A stretch of DNA of 64,000 bases from Myxococcales bacterium (GTDB lineage: Bacteria > Myxococcota_A > Polyangia > Polyangiales > DASUME01): positions 9,280,001-9,344,000 of the forward strand of contig JASGJH010000001.1 in the NCBI GenBank assembly GCA_047601445.1. Reading direction: 5' to 3'. The position numbers and the translations under genes are program-made. How positions within the stretch are numbered: position 1 is the first letter of the stretch; each line of letters starts with the position of its first letter. Positions 8,630-17,348 of the stretch are shown here, piece after piece. The notes under the pieces were generated by a model. The model saw nothing but the letters and a program-made list of their open reading frames with translations, was not told the origin of the DNA and searched no databases.

Positions 8630-10172
8630 TCAGCGCGTGCGCTTCTTGAAGGAGGCCAGGTCTTCCTTGAAGGCGTCGTGGAGATCCGAGGCCAGCTTGA
8701 TGCCGTCGTCCTTGACCTTGTCGTCGGGCACCAGGCGCTTGGCCACCAGACCGCCCGCGAGCTTGACCAGGAAGGTGTCCATGATCTCCACCGAGCCGGA
8801 GCCCGAGATGGCCCCGGGCGCGCCGTGCGTCTTGGCGCCCAACGCGCCTTCGCCGTGAAGACCCTTTTCCGTCGTTCCCCTTGGCCACCACGCGGAAGAA
8901 CTGCTCGGTGATGTCCTGGATGTTGCTCGGGATGAAGATGTCCAGGAAGCCAGGCGAGAACAAGCCGAGCGCGCGGCCCTCGACCTTGAGCTTGGGCACG
9001 TTGGTCATGGTGGCCGTGGCGGAGGCGTAGCTGTCGTGGGCCTCGTACATGGCGTCGCCGCGCAGGTTCTTGATGTTCACCACGATGCCCAGCATGTTGA
9101 TGCGCGCGTTGGCGGTGAGGCTGAACTTGCGCTGGCCCTCGACCATGGGATCGAAGGGTTCGTTCTCGTAGACCTGGTTGTCGTCGAAGGGCAGGAGCTG
9201 TCCGTCGCGCACGTAGACCTCGATGGTCAGCTGCAACTTCTCGCTGTCCACGGAGAAGCGCGCCAAATCGCGCCCCTTGTCGTCGAGCAGGCGTGCCTTG
9301 GCGGTGAGGATGTCGGCCAGTCGGCGCGCGTGCCTCGCCAGGGCCGGGTACTTCTTCTCCATGCGCTTGGGCTCGGCGCGCATGCTCGTGGTGATGTGGA
9401 AGTAGTTCTTGCCCGTGTCAGCGACGCGGATGTCCTCCACGCGTCCCAGATCGATCAAGGCACGAGCCAGGGTGGGGTAAGCGTCGAACAACAGCGCCAG
9501 GGCGTCGATATCTTCGTCGCCGAGTCCGGGATTGGTCTCGCGCACGGCCTCACGGGCGAGACCGCTCTTGGGCAGGCTCTGCGTGGCGCCCGCGTCCGCG
9601 TTGCCGGTGGTCACGATGCGGAGCAGTTCGCGTTGGGCCTCCACGGCGTGCCGATAGGAGAGCGGACCCACGCCGAGACCCGCGGCGCCTCCGACCACCA
9701 GGCTGTCCATCTCGGAGTTCTCGCGCTGATCGGCGTGCACGTAGAGCGAGAAATCGGCCAGGCCCGAGCGCGGGCCCGTCATGCTCACGAAGTACTTGCT
9801 GCCAGGCTCGGCGCGACTGATCAGGTAGCGATCCCCGGTGAGCGCACCCTTCACGTTGAGCTCGCGGCCGCCGTCGCGCTCGTCGGGCAGCAACTTGTAG
9901 ACGCCGTCGAGATCGAAGTCGTGCAACTCGTCGAGCACGCCGTCGATGAACTTCTGCGTCGGCTTGTCGATCTCGTACTTGTGGATCGCCGCGCTCAGCG
10001 CCTGCGTGACCTTGTCCAGCGTCTGGACGGCCCCCTGCACGTCGCCGCCCCAGAGCGTGACCATGGGTTTCCAACCGCCGAGGGCGGCGGAGTCGAGCTG
10101 CGCCGCGTGGGCGCTGGCGGCGAGGACGGGGAGCGCGAGCAAGAGGGCGCTGTGAGGACGCGAGATCTTCAT
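8630..10172 (-). CDS. Secreted hypothetical protein, split by an apparent +1 frameshift near 8865 (pseudogene or sequencing error)
   Basis: Signal peptide MKISRPH...ASAHA; protein-like reading continues in the 8630-8842 frame if one base is removed from GGAAAAGGG. Confidence 0.7.
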
Positions 10173-10206
10173 GTTTTAAGCCTCAAGTCGGAGGTTACTC
10201 CGAAGT

Positions 10207-10234
10207 AAGTTACTTAACGGTAAGATGCTGTCAA
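10207..10234 (-). promoter_or_regulatory. Sigma70-type promoter TTGACA-N16-TAACTT overlapped by palindromic operator-like sites
   Basis: Perfect TTGACA at 10234-10229, TAACTT at 10212-10207, AT-rich patch. Confidence 0.6.
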
Positions 10235-10373
10235 GAGTTGTCTGCGGCGCTCAGCATCTACTCTTCATCACCGGCTTCCAACACCAATCGTTTCGCGCTG
10301 GTTCTCGCCCGTGTCAGTTCACGACGATCTCTTGTCATTGCTGAACGATCTCCGGCGGACGCCTAATCGCGCC

Positions 10374-11504
10374 ATGTCGAAACGCTTGCTTGCCTTGAGT
10401 GTCTTGCTCCTTTTTGCGGCCTGTGGCGAAGCGCGAACTCGCGCGCTCGACCGCCACGGCGGTACACGCGGTGACGCGGGAGAGGGCGACGGTGACGACT
10501 CGTCGGACGACGACGGGCACTCACGGGACACCGACCCGAGTGGAGCAGACGACGACTCCGATGACCCTGGCCAAGGGGCCGATCCAGGCACCTGCGCGCG
10601 CGCCGACGTGACACTCAAGCGAGTGATTCCCACGGTTTGGCTGCTCGTCGATGGGTCGGGCAGCATGGCCACCTCGCTGACCGGAGGCCTGAATGATCCC
10701 TCGCGATTTCGGGTCCTGCGCAGCGCGCTGATGGCCGACCAGACGGGGCTCGTCGCCAAGCTGCAGGGGGTGGTGTCATTCGGATTGTTCGTCTACGACG
10801 GCGGGATGTCACCGCCTGGGGTGCACATCGACGGCGTCTGCCCGCGGGTCGTCGACGTGGCACCGCGGTTGGACAACTACGCACCCATCAACACCGCCTA
10901 TCCGGCGGACCCAACCGGTGCCAGCACGCCGACCCACTACGCCTTGCTGTCGCTGCAGCAGCAAATCAAGCAAGCCGGTCCGAGCGCGCATGGTCCAACC
11001 TTTGTCGTCCTCGCCACGGACGGAAAGCCCAACCTGTGTGATTTCCATGATGGCGTGCCGGCCAGCGAAGCCACCGAGCAGGAAGCCGTCCGGACCGTGC
11101 GTGAGCTCGCCGCCGCGGGCACGAAGACATTCGCGATTTCCCTGGCGGGAGGGGATCGCGAACTGGAGGCGCACCTCGATGCGCTCGCCGAAGCCGGCGG
11201 CACGGGCGAGTCGGCCTTTACCCCCACCAGCAGCGACGCTCTGGTGGCCGTGCTCACCAAGATCATCGGCGGGGCCGTGAGCTGCGACGTGCGGCTCGAG
11301 GGGACCCTCACCGAAGGACATCAGTGCGACGGGGACGTGTTGCTCAACGGGAAGGCCTTGGCGTGTGACGGTCAGGATGGATTCCACGTGAAGGACGATC
11401 TGCGGACGCTGGAGTTGCGCGGAGCGGCCTGCAAGACGCTGCAGCAGGATCCCAAGGCCACGCTCGAGGCGAGCTTCGCCTGTGACGCTATCGTGCTGCT
11501 CTAG
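10374..11504 (+). CDS. VWA-domain lipoprotein
   Basis: Lipobox FAAC; MIDAS DGSGSM, TPT, LATDGKPN; Cys-rich C-terminus. Confidence 0.85.
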   Translation: MSKRLLALSVLLLFAACGEARTRALDRHGGTRGDAGEGDGDDSSDDDGHSRDTDPSGADDDSDDPGQGADPGTCARADVTLKRVIPTVWLLVDGSGSMATSLTGGLNDPSRFRVLRSALMADQTGLVAKLQGVVSFGLFVYDGGMSPPGVHIDGVCPRVVDVAPRLDNYAPINTAYPADPTGASTPTHYALLSLQQQIKQAGPSAHGPTFVVLATDGKPNLCDFHDGVPASEATEQEAVRTVRELAAAGTKTFAISLAGGDRELEAHLDALAEAGGTGESAFTPTSSDALVAVLTKIIGGAVSCDVRLEGTLTEGHQCDGDVLLNGKALACDGQDGFHVKDDLRTLELRGAACKTLQQDPKATLEASFACDAIVLL

Positions 11505-11556
11505 CTTGTCAGCGCTCCATTGGGGCCCCTAAGCTGCCCTCGCTTGGGAGGGCTGA

Positions 11557-11859
11557 GTGGCGACCATCTACGGCAAGGCTTCGGATCTCATCGAGACACT
11601 CGACAAGGCGATCAAGAATGGCGAGCCCATGATCGACCTGGGCCCGCAGCTGATGCAGACGGGCCTGGCCTTGATGGCTCAAGGGTTGGCGCTGGCGGAG
11701 CGCTCCATCCACACCCTGGAACGCTGCGACGACATGCTGCAGCGGCTCGAGAAACTCTCGGAGTCCGGCGCCACGTTGATGCAGGTCCAGCAACAGGTCG
11801 CCGAGCTCGAGCGGCGCAAGCTGGAGCTCGAGATCAAGCGGCTCGAGGGGAAGTGGTGA
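11557..11859 (+). CDS. Hypothetical coiled-coil protein
   Basis: GTG after GGAGGG; heptad-like helical sequence, typical codon usage. Confidence 0.7.
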   Translation: MATIYGKASDLIETLDKAIKNGEPMIDLGPQLMQTGLALMAQGLALAERSIHTLERCDDMLQRLEKLSESGATLMQVQQQVAELERRKLELEIKRLEGKW

Positions 11860-11908
11860 GAGCCAATGACCCGACAACACTAATCGTGGTCGTCGTCGTG
11901 GACTTTCG

Positions 11909-12010
11909 TGGACTTTGACGGCGACGGCGACGGTGTGCGTGGCCGCCCTCGATGGGGGAGCAGCGGGCGGTGCCGCTCACGCACGCCGTCGCCGTTGCCG
12001 TCAAAGTCCA
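11909..12010. repeat. Long intergenic inverted repeat (33-bp arms), repeat family copy A
   Basis: 11909-11941 is the reverse complement of 11978-12010 with 2 differences; between convergent genes. Confidence 0.9.
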
Positions 12011-12061
12011 GGTTGCCGACTATGTCGATGTCAACGTGCTGATGCACGACGAACCCTTGCG

Positions 12062-12700
12062 CTAGGGCCCCATGTGCACGAGCGCAATCGTGCCCGTGCA
12101 AGGATCCCCCAACGTTTCGTCGGGCTTGATTTGCCAGTTGCCCATGATGGCCGCGGGAGGGCCCGCTGCGTAGGCGGCCTCGAGGTTGGCGTCGAAGTGA
12201 CCTGCAGGTAAGCCGAGCGGGCCCCATACCCCGTCCACGACACGCGCCTGGAACTTACCGCTCTGGCAATCGAGCCCACCCTCGAGTTGACCGTCGAAGC
12301 TGACCAGCTCGCCCCAGGTGCCCTTGAGCTTGCCCGTGCCCTGCTTGATGACCAGGTCCTGGCAAAACTCCACGCAACCAGTGTCGTCGACGCGGGTTTC
12401 GTTCACCACGAGTTCGAAGGAGAGGGGCCCCTCGGGGAATGCGCTGCTCTGGTTCTCGCAGGTGTACTTGCCCGTGTAGGTTCCGGGCTCGCAGTCGGCC
12501 AGCGTGACGCTGGCGTCGCGCACGCTGGCATCGGTGACGGGGAAGTTCGCGTCGGCCCACGGAAAGGCTGCGTCGGTTTCGGGAGCGTCCGGTGGCGAGG
12601 TGTCGGCGTCAGCGTGCGCCGCGTCGCGCTGCAGTGGGGTAGCGGGGGCGGTCGAGCAGCCGACCAGCAAAGCGAGACAAGTCCAATCAAGAGGCTTCAT
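12062..12700 (-). CDS. Hypothetical lipoprotein
   Basis: MKPLDWTCLALLVGC lipobox, DA-rich linker, Cys-containing beta domain. Confidence 0.75.
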   Translation of the reverse strand: MKPLDWTCLALLVGCSTAPATPLQRDAAHADADTSPPDAPETDAAFPWADANFPVTDASVRDASVTLADCEPGTYTGKYTCENQSSAFPEGPLSFELVVNETRVDDTGCVEFCQDLVIKQGTGKLKGTWGELVSFDGQLEGGLDCQSGKFQARVVDGVWGPLGLPAGHFDANLEAAYAAGPPAAIMGNWQIKPDETLGDPCTGTIALVHMGP

Positions 12701-12745
12701 GCACGCAACGTATCCGGGCCGGCAGCGGGCGGAGCGCGGGCCGCG

Positions 12746-12767
12746 CGTGATCACGATTTGGTCACGA
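12746..12767. promoter_or_regulatory. TCACGA direct repeat with 11-bp period (candidate wHTH regulator site)
   Basis: TCACGA at 12751 and 12762, plus palindrome CGTGATCACG at 12746-12755, in a divergent intergenic region. Confidence 0.5.
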
Positions 12768-12814
12768 ATGGGGCTCCGCAGTGGGGGCCGGGCCACGCGA
12801 TCTATACTGCGCGG

Positions 12815-15799
12815 ATGCCGGGCACACGCTTGGGACCTTTCTTGCTGGATCACGAGAATCGTGCGCTGTGGCGCGGGCGTGAGCAGGTGGTGGTCCAGCC
12901 CAAGGTCTTCGACTGCCTGGAGCTGCTGGCAGAACGCGTGGGCCAGCTGACGACCACGACCCGCATCCGCGCGAGCTTGTGGCCCGACGTCGCCGTCGGC
13001 GACGACGCCGTACGCCAGGTGATCGCCAAGGTGCGCCAAGCCTTGCGCGACGCGGGGCCCGGCCAGCCCATCCTGCGTGCGCGTAAGGGGCTCGGCTACG
13101 TCCTCGAGGCAGACGTCGAGCACGACCCGGGGAGGCGCACCTCGCTGCGGGCCGAACCCGCGCGCGGCACCCGCAACGCCTTCGTGGGGCGCGAGCACGA
13201 GCTCGAGGTGTTGCGCAGGGCCCTCGCGGATGCCGGTCAGGGCCGGGGTAGCGTGTGCTTGCTCGAGGGCGAGGCAGGGGCGGGTAAGAGCACGTTGATC
13301 GAGCTGTTGCGCGAGTCCGCCTCCGTGGAGCTGCTCTGGCTGTGCGGGCATTGTCTGCCCGACGCGCCCGGCGCGGCGTTCTGGCCCTTCCGGGAGCTCA
13401 CACGCGGGCTTGCTCGGGCCGCTTCGGAGAACCCGGGACGTTCGGCATTCGAGAAGCGCCTCGCCAGCAGCCTCGAAGCTGGCAAGCGTCCAGGCCGGGC
13501 CAACGCGGAGCAGGCCAGCGGTGAGCAGCGCCTGTTCGTCGCCCAGGCGGTGAGTGACCTCTTGCTGGAGTGGTCGCGCCAGCAACCGCTGTGCGTGGTG
13601 CTGGAGGACCTGCACTGGGCCGACACGGCGTCGCTGCTCTGCCTGGAGATGCTGGCCCGGGGACTCCGAGACAGCGCCTGCGTCTTGATCGCGAGCTATC
13701 GCCCCGAGGCCGCCCAGGGCCAGAGCGCGCTCAGCGGAACCCTGGGTCGGCTGCTCGGCCGCGAGCGCACTCAGGCGCTTTCCCTGGAGCCACTCAGTCC
13801 GCTGGAGCTCGAGGTCTTGCTGGACGCGGCGGCCCCTGCGTTGAAGGGCCCGGCTGCGGCGCAGGAGCTCTCGCGCATCACGGGAGGCAACCCGCTGTTC
13901 GTGCAGTTGCTGCTGCAACAGGGGGCGTCCGCGCTCTCCACGCGGGACACGACGCGCGATTCCTTCGAGCACGCGGTGATGGCCCGAGTCAGTGCGCTCC
14001 CCCGGCCCACGCGGGACCTGCTCGAGCGAGCCTCGGTGCTGGGGGCGGACTTCGAGCTCGCGAGCCTGGGCGCCCTGGGCGGACAAGCGAGTTCGTCGGT
14101 CAGCGTAGACCTGCAGCCGGCGCTCGATGCCCGCTTGCTACGCGCGACGGATCACCCTGGGCGTCTTGCCTTCGCGCACGTGTTGGTGGCGGAGGTGCTG
14201 TACGGGCAGCTGAGCCTCGCAGAACGTTGCGAGCTCCACCTGGGCGCCTTTTCTGTGTTGTCGCAGGCGCCGGCGGTGGCGGTGTGCACGCTCTCGGAGC
14301 ACGCCTTCGCGGCCGGTGAGCTGGTCCCCGTCGAGACGCGCGGTGCGCTGTGTGAGCGAGCCGGCCGTACCTGCTTCGAGCAGCTCGACTTCGAGCGGGC
14401 GTACCGGGAGCTCGGCCGAGCCCACGCGCTGCTGCGCTCGAGCGGCACACCGCGACGGACGGCCGAGCTCTTGCTGTTGCGGGCGCGCGCCGCGTGGGAG
14501 GCGGACCTGGAGGAAGGAGTCATCGCCGACGCGAATCGCGAAGCGCTCACCGCTGCTCGCCAGGCGGGCTCGGCGACGCTCCTGGCCGAAGCTGCCATCG
14601 CGGGCACCGTCGGCAACGATTCACCGGGGGAGATCTATCGCGCACGCTTGCGGCAATCGCAGGTCGCGGTGCTCGAGCAGGTCGTCAGCCAAATCGATGC
14701 TTCCGAAGCCGCGCTTCATCACCGGCTGACGCGCACGCTCACCTGGCTGTGCGGCGGCCTGGGCGACCGCGTGGCGGCGTGCCACTGGGCCGAGCAGGCC
14801 GTGCACAGCGCGCCCACCTCGCCCGACGCCTGGACCCGCTTTCAAATCTCCACGCTGCGCTGCGGGCACGCCGTCTGGGCGGCGGAGCCGGAGCACGCGC
14901 GAGAGCTCCTCGCAGGGCTGGGACGGGAGGCCCACCATCCGGACCTCAGCCCGCGCGAGCGCCTGGAGTGCATGCTGCAGCGCATGACGCTCTGCCTCTA
15001 CGTGGGCGACGCCCGCGGCTACTCCACCTGCGCCCAGGAGCTGCCGCGCGTGCTCGCTGCGCTGCCGGTTCCACCGCGCCTTGGGCGCCTCGGCGAGCGC
15101 TTTTGCGCCTATGCTCTGTTGCCGCATGTGGTGGCTCTGAGCCAGAGCATGATCGCGGGTCAGTTCGTCCAGGCGCACGAGCATCTCTCGGCCCTGATGT
15201 CGGAGGCGGCGCGACTGGGCTTCGGCGGACTCGAGAGCAATGGCACGAGCCTTCTGTTGTTGCTGCCCCTCCTGCAGTACCAGGGACGCGCACGGGTGTT
15301 GGAGCCCATGGTCGATCTGGCCCGCAGCGCGCTGGACGCGCTCGATTTCCACGTCGCGAAGGCCCAGCTCGCTCTGGAGGGGAGCGCGCGCGACCAGGCC
15401 GCGTGGCACTTCGATGCCCTGCGCGGTCTGGGCTTCGGGGGCAGTCTGCGCGGCCAAACCACCGCGGCGTTACCGAGGCAGCTGGTCGGCATGGCAGACG
15501 TATGCGCCAGCGTCGGGAGCGAGACCGACGCCGCTGAGCTCTACGCGGCACTGCAACCATCGGCCGAATTCTTCGCTTCCGAAGGGGTCGCGCTCAGCCT
15601 CGGTGCCTGCGCCCGTGCGCTCGGCGTGCTGGCGTTCAGACTCGGGGATCTCGGGCTGGCCGAGGCTCACTTCAGGCGCGCGCTCGTGCTCAACGAGCAG
15701 ATGGGACACCGCCCCGAGCTCGCCCGCACGCGTGCGGGCTTGGCCTCCGTGCTCGAGGCGCGAGGGGGCGACCTCAGCGAGGAGCCGTGGCGCGAATGA
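12815..15799 (+). CDS. Winged-helix (OmpR/CadC-type) + AAA ATPase + TPR-like transcriptional regulator
   Basis: N-terminal QPKVFDCL..LWPDV..RKGLGY; FVGREHEL, Walker A GEAGAGKS, LEDLHWAD, TGGNPLF. Confidence 0.85.
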   Translation: MPGTRLGPFLLDHENRALWRGREQVVVQPKVFDCLELLAERVGQLTTTTRIRASLWPDVAVGDDAVRQVIAKVRQALRDAGPGQPILRARKGLGYVLEADVEHDPGRRTSLRAEPARGTRNAFVGREHELEVLRRALADAGQGRGSVCLLEGEAGAGKSTLIELLRESASVELLWLCGHCLPDAPGAAFWPFRELTRGLARAASENPGRSAFEKRLASSLEAGKRPGRANAEQASGEQRLFVAQAVSDLLLEWSRQQPLCVVLEDLHWADTASLLCLEMLARGLRDSACVLIASYRPEAAQGQSALSGTLGRLLGRERTQALSLEPLSPLELEVLLDAAAPALKGPAAAQELSRITGGNPLFVQLLLQQGASALSTRDTTRDSFEHAVMARVSALPRPTRDLLERASVLGADFELASLGALGGQASSSVSVDLQPALDARLLRATDHPGRLAFAHVLVAEVLYGQLSLAERCELHLGAFSVLSQAPAVAVCTLSEHAFAAGELVPVETRGALCERAGRTCFEQLDFERAYRELGRAHALLRSSGTPRRTAELLLLRARAAWEADLEEGVIADANREALTAARQAGSATLLAEAAIAGTVGNDSPGEIYRARLRQSQVAVLEQVVSQIDASEAALHHRLTRTLTWLCGGLGDRVAACHWAEQAVHSAPTSPDAWTRFQISTLRCGHAVWAAEPEHARELLAGLGREAHHPDLSPRERLECMLQRMTLCLYVGDARGYSTCAQELPRVLAALPVPPRLGRLGERFCAYALLPHVVALSQSMIAGQFVQAHEHLSALMSEAARLGFGGLESNGTSLLLLLPLLQYQGRARVLEPMVDLARSALDALDFHVAKAQLALEGSARDQAAWHFDALRGLGFGGSLRGQTTAALPRQLVGMADVCASVGSETDAAELYAALQPSAEFFASEGVALSLGACARALGVLAFRLGDLGLAEAHFRRALVLNEQMGHRPELARTRAGLASVLEARGGDLSEEPWRE

Positions 15800-16737
15800 T
15801 CCGATTCGTGCTGTTCCTGACGGTGCTGCTGTGCACCTCGGCGTGCTACCTGCTGCACGCCCGCGATCGCGAGGCGCCCGAGCTGAGCGCCGGCATCCAC
15901 GCCGAGACCCTGCAAGTGCGCGAGCAAGGGCGCACTTATCTTCTGTACCTGCCCAAGCAGCGACGCCCCAGGGCGCCCCTGTTGGTGCTGCTCCACGGCT
16001 CCAAGCAAACGGGCGAGGATCTGCGGCGCGCCACGGGCTACGCCTTCGATCGCCTGGCTGATCAGCACGGCTTCGTGGCGGTCTATCCCGACGGCTTCGA
16101 ACGGCGCTGGAACGATTGCCGCGCGGCAGGGCGCAACCCCGCGCGCAAGCAAGGCATTGATGACGTGGGCTTCCTGCTGGCTTTGACGGACCGGCTGGCG
16201 ACCGAGGCGGACATCGATCCCGGGCGCGTGTTCTTGGCCGGCTACTCCAACGGCGCTCAGCTCGCCTTCCGCATGGCCCTCGAGCGCCCCGAGCGGGTGG
16301 CAGGCATCGCCACGTTCAGCGCCAACCTGCCCACCGAGGACAACTTCGCCTGCCAGGTCAGCGGCAAGGCGGTGCCGGCGTTGCTCATCAACGGCACCGA
16401 CGATCGCATTAACCCGTTCCATGGTGGCGAAGTCACCGTCTTCGGCTTCGCCACGCGCGGCACCGTTCGCTCCGCCGAGGCCAGCGCTGCCTACTTTGCC
16501 GGACTCGCCGCGCTGCCGGGGCCCGAGCTGAGTCGACTAGGGGAGACGCGAGACACCTGGGTCGAACAGCGCCGCTGGTATCGGCCTGGCGCCCCCGAGG
16601 TGGTGTTGATGGCGGTGCACGGGGGCGGACACGTGGTGCCTGGTCCCGCGGCAGCGTTCCCTCGAATCCTCGGCAAGGTCACCACGGTGATCGATGGCCC
16701 CGCGGAGGTATGGAACTTCTTCGCGCGACAGCCTTGA
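15796..16737 (+). CDS. PHB depolymerase / LpqC-like esterase (lipoprotein)
   Basis: LLHGS, VYPDG..RWND, DDVGFL, GYSNG nucleophile motif, GGGH; ATGA overlap with the upstream gene. Confidence 0.88.
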   Translation: MIRFVLFLTVLLCTSACYLLHARDREAPELSAGIHAETLQVREQGRTYLLYLPKQRRPRAPLLVLLHGSKQTGEDLRRATGYAFDRLADQHGFVAVYPDGFERRWNDCRAAGRNPARKQGIDDVGFLLALTDRLATEADIDPGRVFLAGYSNGAQLAFRMALERPERVAGIATFSANLPTEDNFACQVSGKAVPALLINGTDDRINPFHGGEVTVFGFATRGTVRSAEASAAYFAGLAALPGPELSRLGETRDTWVEQRRWYRPGAPEVVLMAVHGGGHVVPGPAAAFPRILGKVTTVIDGPAEVWNFFARQP

Positions 16738-16793
16738 ACGTTGCGTACCTTTGGCTTGCTCGGCCCCCGCGCGCGCGGGAGCCTCGGGGCATC

Positions 16794-17252
16794 ATGGATG
16801 AAGGTCATCTGCGAACCGCCATCGAGCTCGCCCAGCAAAACGCCAAGGCCGGAGGTCGCCCCTTCGGCGCCGTCCTCGTGCGCGACCAACAGGTGATCGG
16901 TCGCGGCGTGAACAACATCGCACGTACGCTCGACCCCACCACGCACGCCGAGGTGGAGGCCCTGCGCGCGGCGTGCAAGTCGCTCCAGCAGGTCAGACTT
17001 CCCGGCAGCATCATGTACGCGAGCGGGCACCCGTGCCCGATGTGCCTCGCGGCCATGCACCTGTGCCGTGTGGAGCGCGTGTTCTACGCCTACGATCAGC
17101 GCGACGCGGAGCCCTACGGATTGTCCACCGAGGCGCTCTACGCGGAGCTTCGCAAGCCCTTGCCCGAGCAGTCCATGCCGGTTGTGCACTTGCCGCTGCG
17201 GGTGGAAGGGCTCGACCCCTACGCCACCTGGCGCGCCACGCAAACGCCATAG
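16794..17252 (+). CDS. Nucleoside/guanine deaminase (CDA-fold)
   Basis: PFGAV, DPTTHAEV, PCPMC zinc motifs. Confidence 0.9.
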   Translation: MDEGHLRTAIELAQQNAKAGGRPFGAVLVRDQQVIGRGVNNIARTLDPTTHAEVEALRAACKSLQQVRLPGSIMYASGHPCPMCLAAMHLCRVERVFYAYDQRDAEPYGLSTEALYAELRKPLPEQSMPVVHLPLRVEGLDPYATWRATQTP

Positions 17253-17348
17253 TTTGCTGAATTAATGCGAGATTTTGGGATGCTGGCGCGCAGATCTGAG
17301 GGCGTCGGGCGATCGTTCCATCGTGTATAGTCCGGCCCGATCGGAGGC

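Noticed and set aside
8379..8860. Arg-rich C-terminus of the 597-aa ORF
   Set aside because: Out-of-frame read after the indel near 8865; it overlaps the TonB-like gene
12701..14086. N-terminal 460 aa of the 674-aa minus-strand ORF (and 12287-12814 of the 1170-aa ORF)
   Set aside because: Antisense shadows of real genes; the signal peptide and wHTH domain define starts at 12700 and 12815
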